Positions 59,173 to 64,000 of a stretch of 64,000 bases of DNA are shown here, one piece after another. Below the pieces are notes generated by a model, which saw only the letters and a list, made by a program, of their open reading frames with translations, was not told where the DNA came from and made no database searches. Position 1 is the stretch's first letter. Each line of letters starts with the position of its first letter. The position numbers and the translations under genes are program-made. This stretch comes from Promethearchaeota archaeon. GTDB taxonomy: Archaea > Asgardarchaeota > Lokiarchaeia > Sigyniarchaeales > SOKP01. Where the stretch lies: NCBI GenBank assembly GCA_048941015.1, contig JBHLNZ010000003.1, positions 1 to 64,000 on the forward strand, written 5' to 3'.

Positions 59173-60818
59173 TTTAAACAATCTTTTTTAAAGAATTCAA
59201 TTACTTGTTCGATATGATTAAATATTGAAATATTAAAACCAGAACTAGATTTAGTTAACTCTTTAAGCTCTTTCAATAGAAAACTTTCAAAAAATTCTTC
59301 AACTTCACCAAATTGGTTAATATAAGATTTTGGGATTAACAAAGCACCTTTTTTATATTCCTTACTATACTTTTTAAGAAAGAATTCGGTATTTTTTAAA
59401 GAATTGCGACAAGAAGAAAGATCTAAAGGAGTTATTGATTCGTATTGTCCCATAGGAAAAGTTTCAGCTAATTCAAGAGGAATTATTCCATAAGGTAAAG
59501 AAAAAAAAACAACGTGAATTTGTTTTCTATTGACTTGTTTATTTTCATCCAAAAAATCCATCCAATGATTAAAAGTCGGTGAATTTTTCCCTTTTACATC
59601 TAATTCCGGTAAAATTAATAAGTATTTTATTCCTTCTGGGCATCTATAATCATTTGAAATCCGATTCAAATATCTATATATCAAGGGTCTATTAAAGCTT
59701 TCAATGCTAGAATATAGACGTCCATGATTTTTGTATAATTTTTCATATTTTTCGATAAAAGGATTATACTCTTTTATTATTTGTAGTGCTTTCACTAAAT
59801 TTGGGTGAATACGAACTCTTTGCTCAATAAGTTCCCAAAGATTTCCTTCTCTTATTGATTGTCTAATTGTTTTTAATTCTGAAAAAGAAAGATACAGATT
59901 ATGTCTAGCTAACAGTTCGATTCTACGATCTCTATCACATTCTTTGAGTTCCTTTGGCGTATAATCTGAACATATTGGACAATGACATGGAAATTCTTCT
60001 AATTCATTAAGATGTTTTGTCCCGGTTGATAACGTAAAATACCGTTCTTCCCTTGCAAATAGAATATATGCTGCTGAATCCATGAGATCACATCCACACC
60101 CTACTGCTAATGAGAAAAATTGAGGCAATCCTAAACCAAACATATGTATTGGTTTGTTAGGAGGGCTTTTACTCTTCACAGTTAGCAAATTTTTTAAGAC
60201 AAAATCAAATCTATAATCAAGTAGTAATTTAACTAGACCTCCTAAAGCATAAACAGAAAAATCTAATTTACTCATCTCTATAATGCTTTTTTCCAATAGA
60301 TCCTGAAAATAACCGCCGTGAATTGGTCCGAACCAATAACAATCATTTCTTGCTCTCCTTTTAACATTATCTTTTGCTCTATTTATTGTAGTTATTACTT
60401 TTGACTTAGCAGTTTCATAATTATCATTTATTTGTACAGGAACATCTAAGATTACTGGAAAATCAGAGCCAATCTCTTCTTGAAAAGTTTCAATTGTTTC
60501 TGCATCAAGGTCAAATTTTTTATTATTATACATATATTGTTGAAAAGCTCCGCTATCGGTAGCAATAAGTCCATTGAAATTTAAAGATTTATGAATTCCC
60601 TTATTCAGCACTTCTTTTCTTAATTCAGTGTTTTGATATAATATGAAAGCGTTTGTAAAAATACACTCAGCACCGAATTTTTCCAATTCTGCTGCGGAAA
60701 TTAAATTTGAAGTTGGATGAATAACAGGTAAAAGATTTGGAGTTACTATTCTTTTATTATTAACTTCGATTAGACCCAATCGACCCAATACATCAACATC
60801 AAAAATTTCAAATTTCAT
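59169..60818 (-). CDS. tgtA: Archaeosine tRNA-guanine transglycosylase (arcTGT)
   Basis: TPNLLPV, TDSGAFQ, HMFG, DSAAY, CHCPIC, HNL. Confidence 0.93.
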   Translation of the reverse strand: MKFEIFDVDVLGRLGLIEVNNKRIVTPNLLPVIHPTSNLISAAELEKFGAECIFTNAFILYQNTELRKEVLNKGIHKSLNFNGLIATDSGAFQQYMYNNKKFDLDAETIETFQEEIGSDFPVILDVPVQINDNYETAKSKVITTINRAKDNVKRRARNDCYWFGPIHGGYFQDLLEKSIIEMSKLDFSVYALGGLVKLLLDYRFDFVLKNLLTVKSKSPPNKPIHMFGLGLPQFFSLAVGCGCDLMDSAAYILFAREERYFTLSTGTKHLNELEEFPCHCPICSDYTPKELKECDRDRRIELLARHNLYLSFSELKTIRQSIREGNLWELIEQRVRIHPNLVKALQIIKEYNPFIEKYEKLYKNHGRLYSSIESFNRPLIYRYLNRISNDYRCPEGIKYLLILPELDVKGKNSPTFNHWMDFLDENKQVNRKQIHVVFFSLPYGIIPLELAETFPMGQYESITPLDLSSCRNSLKNTEFFLKKYSKEYKKGALLIPKSYINQFGEVEEFFESFLLKELKELTKSSSGFNISIFNHIEQVIEFFKKDCLK

Positions 60819-60840
60819 ACTTATTTACTTTTTAGAAAAA

Positions 60841-61452
60841 TTATTTAAAAAATTCAGTTAATCGATTCTCATTAAAAAGTTTTTCTAACCAATCAATTTT
60901 ACCAGCTCGATAACTTTCGATATGTTTCTTTTCAAGAATTATTTCGATAATAATATCAGTTATAGTTTTAATATCTAAATCTGTCGTATCAATTTCTAAT
61001 AAGGGAATTTTAATTCTTTTTTTCATAAAATAGTTAATAGAGTTACCTAAGATTTCAGATTGTATGTTTTCTAATATTTTTTCTTTTCTATAGCCTCTCT
61101 TCTCTAATCTTTCAAGTAAAACATCAGGATGACATCTTAAAACAATTGCTAAGTCAATATACTTATCGGGGACGATATCTGAGAAATGGCTTTCAACTAT
61201 AAGAATTTCTAAACCTTCTTTATTCAGGATTTTTATCTGCTTCTCTAAGTAAGAAATTATCTTTTTTTCATCTATTATTGAAGTTTCTCTTTGTTGATCA
61301 TAGCTTAATATAAAATTTTTTGATACAGCTAATTCATTTAATGTGATTACCTTAGCTTTAATTAATTTAGCGATTCTATTTGAAATAGTTGTTTTACCAG
61401 TTCCAGGTGTTCCTGATAATACAATTACATTCATTATTGATTCATAGATCAT
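60841..61452 (-). CDS. Adenylate kinase AK6/Fap7 family
   Basis: SGTPGTGKTT, VESH, LRCHP...RLEKRGY...ENIQSEI. Confidence 0.9.
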   Translation of the reverse strand: MIYESIMNVIVLSGTPGTGKTTISNRIAKLIKAKVITLNELAVSKNFILSYDQQRETSIIDEKKIISYLEKQIKILNKEGLEILIVESHFSDIVPDKYIDLAIVLRCHPDVLLERLEKRGYRKEKILENIQSEILGNSINYFMKKRIKIPLLEIDTTDLDIKTITDIIIEIILEKKHIESYRAGKIDWLEKLFNENRLTEFFK

Positions 61453-61487
61453 ACATTATTTGAAAGAAAATAGATAAATTGCTATAG

Positions 61488-61591
61488 TGGGAAAGGGGGG
61501 CTTCGAACCCCCGACCTCACGGTTATCAGCCGTGCGCTATACCAGGCTAAGCCAATGGAGAGAAGCCTTAAAAAAAGGTTTCTACTCTCCC
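61488..61591 (-). tRNA. tRNA-Ile(GAT) with 30-nt intron near the 5' end (61584-61555, position 7/8); alternative 5' end at 61604
   Basis: CACGG-CT GAT AA-CCGTG, GGGGGTTCGAAGCCCCC, acceptor GGGAGAG/CTTTCCC; helix GGAG/CTCC with bulges AGT and ATT. Confidence 0.85.
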
Positions 61592-61822
61592 TAGCCACAT
61601 TCCCGTTTCAGAGCTTGATATTTAATTTAATAAATCTACTATTTAACAACTAATCGATTTATTTAAATTTTAAATAATTAAAAAATTTTTTGTATTAAAG
61701 AAGAGATAAGACTAATTTTCAAGAAAATATCAATTTTAGCATAGAAAAAAATTAATTACTTCTCGATTAAATTTTAATAGTACAATAATCAAAGTTTTAA
61801 TTAAGAATTATCATAGATCCCG

Positions 61823-62254
61823 ATGCCTCAAATTTTAAATTTTTCTATAACTGGACTAGAAGATTACACAATTAGCTTTGAGACTTACTGTTCTACATGT
61901 GATATTCAAAAGTACTGTAAGTATGGTAAAGAAACCCCTTTCAGTATATCAATAAATTGTGGGGATTTAAACCGAGCTAAAGAAAAGATTAAATTTGATC
62001 AACTTCAAAAATTACAAAAAAAAGAAGATGTGTCAGTCACATATGAAGAACTAGTAAAGAAGGTAAAAATTAATCTTCAAAATATTTTTAGTCAGATTTG
62101 GAAAGATAAAATTAAAGCTCAAAAAGAAGAACTTAGGTGTCTGGATTCTAGAAAAACAGATTCTATGCTTGTAGCTCAGCAAGGTCAGGATTGGTGGCAA
62201 GATTTCAATATAACTATGAAAGAAATTAATAATGAATGTGAAAAAATTGTCTAA
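61823..62254 (+). CDS. Hypothetical Cys-containing protein
   Basis: CSTC...C...C cluster; ATG ORF. Confidence 0.65.
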   Translation: MPQILNFSITGLEDYTISFETYCSTCDIQKYCKYGKETPFSISINCGDLNRAKEKIKFDQLQKLQKKEDVSVTYEELVKKVKINLQNIFSQIWKDKIKAQKEELRCLDSRKTDSMLVAQQGQDWWQDFNITMKEINNECEKIV

Positions 62255-62270
62255 AAAGGTTAAATAAAAA

Positions 62271-62855
62271 TTATTTTCCACGACCTTTATTAGCTCTTAT
62301 ACTAGGTCGCGTTTTTTCAGATCCCCATCCTCTCTTTCGTAATCCTCTAGCACGTTTCCCAGCAGAAGTTAAACCACGGGTAACTCTCTTGTTATGGGGG
62401 TTTTTAGATATCCAATTTATTTTAGGATCTGCTTTAATAACAGGATGATGAGGATCGACCATAATTACTTCGTAATACCAATTTTTTCCATCTGAATAAA
62501 CTTTATAGCTGTTTAAAACTTGCATATTAGGATATTTTCTTTGCACTCGTTCTTCAGCAATCCATTGTAAATTTTTTCCAGTAGTATATTTAGAAACACC
62601 CATAGCACGAGGCTTTCTTCCTCCTTTGGGTCTAACTTTATGCATTCCACCTTTTCTAACTCTCGCTCTAACAACTATATACCCTTGCTTAGCTTTATAA
62701 CCTAAAGATCTCGCGCGATGGAGTTTAGTGGGTCTCTCTACTCTCTCAACTGACTTTCCCTTTCTAAATTCAATTCCTCTTTTCCAATGAGGTGTTTGAT
62801 ACCCAGTATCATGTTTTTCAAAAGTTTCTTTTAAGTAATTATATCCAGACTTCAT
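62271..62855 (-). CDS. rpl15e: 50S ribosomal protein L15e
   Basis: [33 protein letters not shown]. Confidence 0.97.
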   Translation of the reverse strand: MKSGYNYLKETFEKHDTGYQTPHWKRGIEFRKGKSVERVERPTKLHRARSLGYKAKQGYIVVRARVRKGGMHKVRPKGGRKPRAMGVSKYTTGKNLQWIAEERVQRKYPNMQVLNSYKVYSDGKNWYYEVIMVDPHHPVIKADPKINWISKNPHNKRVTRGLTSAGKRARGLRKRGWGSEKTRPSIRANKGRGK

Positions 62856-63057
62856 TTTTTGAGGATTATTATTTAGTATTAAATACTGAAATTATCAAAA
62901 ATTAATTAATTTTATTATTTTATTTACTGAATTGATTCTAATTTATTTTTGAAATTATAAAGATCTTAGGGATTTCTATATTCAATAACAAATAACTATA
63001 TAATTTCAATTAAACTTATTTATTTTAAGTTGAAACATAGATATCATCAAATTTATT

Positions 63058-63522
63058 ATGCAAAATGATCAAGATAAAAAGAAGAAACCTTTTGATAAAC
63101 TTAAAATAACTAACAATGATGGATTAAATATTTCTTATGATCAAAAGCAACTTGAAGATCTTTATCCTAATTTAATGTCAGAAATTTCGAATAAAAAGAA
63201 AGCCTTAAAAATAAATTCAATAAGTTCTGTTCCTCAGGAGAATAAAAAAAAAGAAAATCATTTTAATAATTATAACGAAGATCTGAGTAATCCAGGTGCG
63301 ATAGACTTTATCCGACGATGTGAGAATGAAGAACAAGCGATCGAAATATTGAATTATCTTTTAAAAAGAAATGAAATTACAAATGATAAGTTTAACTTAT
63401 TAATGAATCAAATTGTTAAAAAAGACGGATTAAAAAGGCTTATAATCGAAAGTGGTGGTAAAAAAACTCCAGGTTATTATGAGAGAAACTATTATAAGAA
63501 CAAAAAATATAATCAATCATAA
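63058..63522 (+). CDS. DUF2095-family protein
   Basis: YPNLMSEI, PGAIDFIRRC...EQAIEILNYLLKRNEI, KKTPGYY. Confidence 0.8.
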   Translation: MQNDQDKKKKPFDKLKITNNDGLNISYDQKQLEDLYPNLMSEISNKKKALKINSISSVPQENKKKENHFNNYNEDLSNPGAIDFIRRCENEEQAIEILNYLLKRNEITNDKFNLLMNQIVKKDGLKRLIIESGGKKTPGYYERNYYKNKKYNQS

Positions 63523-63540
63523 ACCACTGTAATTAATGAT

Positions 63541-63621
63541 TTAGATTAATGATGAACTTATGACAAGTGTTTAGAGCTACTGCTCGTAGCAATGACGTTG
63601 TCGCCCCAATCTGAAATTTAA
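63541..63621 (+). ncRNA. Box C/D guide sRNA, predicted target 23S P-loop G2251 (E. coli numbering)
   Basis: TTAGATT-AAT-GATGA(C)-guide-TAGA(D')-GCTAC/GTAGC stem-AAT-GACG(C')-TTGTCGCCCCAAT-CTGA(D)-AATTTAA. Confidence 0.75.
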
Positions 63622-63875
63622 ATTAAAGAAGCATTATTAATTTTTTTTATAAAATCAAAACCTTTTTGGGTTAAATTATACCCGTTTTCATTTTTAAATA
63701 TTAAATTCAGATCTAATAGCACTGGTATTCTACCCTTTATGCATTCTAAAGGAACTCCTGAGAAGATCTTTATCGTTTCAAAATCTCTAGCACCTTGACT
63801 AATAGCAATAAAAATTTCAACTCCCATATTTCCGAGTAAGTACTTAAGATTCGCGTAGTTATCTTCTTTAATCAA
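63618..63875 (-). CDS. Small winged-helix protein
   Basis: LLDLNLI...YNLTQKG wing motif. Confidence 0.65.
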   Translation of the reverse strand: MIKEDNYANLKYLLGNMGVEIFIAISQGARDFETIKIFSGVPLECIKGRIPVLLDLNLIFKNENGYNLTQKGFDFIKKINNASLI

Positions 63876-63917
63876 TTTATCATACCTAATTTTAATTTTA
63901 TTTTAAAATATTTGAAA

Positions 63918-64000
63918 TTAAATCTTTTTAGGTTCATATTTCTTCGCAACTACGGGTTTCGATTCTTTTGGTAATAATTTCCTTAAATACTCTGGAAAAG
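63918..64000 (-). CDS. 3' end of a gene extending beyond the window
   Basis: Open frame ...FPEYLRKLLPKESKPVVAKKYEPKKI* ending at 63918. Confidence 0.5.
   Translation of the reverse strand, partial: FPEYLRKLLPKESKPVVAKKYEPKKI

Noticed and set aside
1449-62281. Short shadow ORFs (1449, 17073, 18341, 20425, 21805, 23529, 24009, 24660, 27586, 28659, 29437, 34972, 39098, 40416, 41248, 41833, 42556, 45790, 46503, 46895, 51826, 53236, 62051)
   Set aside because: They lie antisense or out of frame within better-supported genes and show no motifs.

Overview
AT-rich chromosomal segment from an archaeon, most likely an Asgard archaeon (Lokiarchaeia-like). This rests on the 16S 5' end and on roadblock, MglA-type GTPase, DENN-like, V4R and EMC6-like genes. 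Most of the window is core genome: the 16S rRNA 5' half, three tRNAs that all carry non-canonical BHB introns, ribosomal proteins, RNase P proteins, LysRS-I, ABCE1, two TFBs, Cdc6, tRNA-modification genes and TrpB2. It also holds a Tad/Flp-like pilus locus and lineage-specific hypothetical genes. No transposase, integrase or CRISPR array was seen. The strongest signals are absent from the ORF track. (1) A 24-aa Trp-rich leader peptide (FWRWQWQWR) lies upstream of trpB2, followed by U-tracts and competing hairpins, which suggests ribosome-mediated attenuation in an archaeon. (2) A 9-aa micro-gene (MPYSGETGA) with its own TATA box, strong SD and terminator sits between an MFS transporter and a divergent 1210-aa multi-module regulator-like gene. 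(3) Two box C/D guide RNAs are predicted to target 23S G2251 and A1913 (E. coli numbering). (4) The RNase P Pop5 gene can only start at ATA/ATT. Also notable are a tandem-roadblock/DENN-like/GTPase operon and a ComF(Mmp16)-TPP enzyme-SDR cluster. All family assignments come from motif recognition by eye, not database searches.
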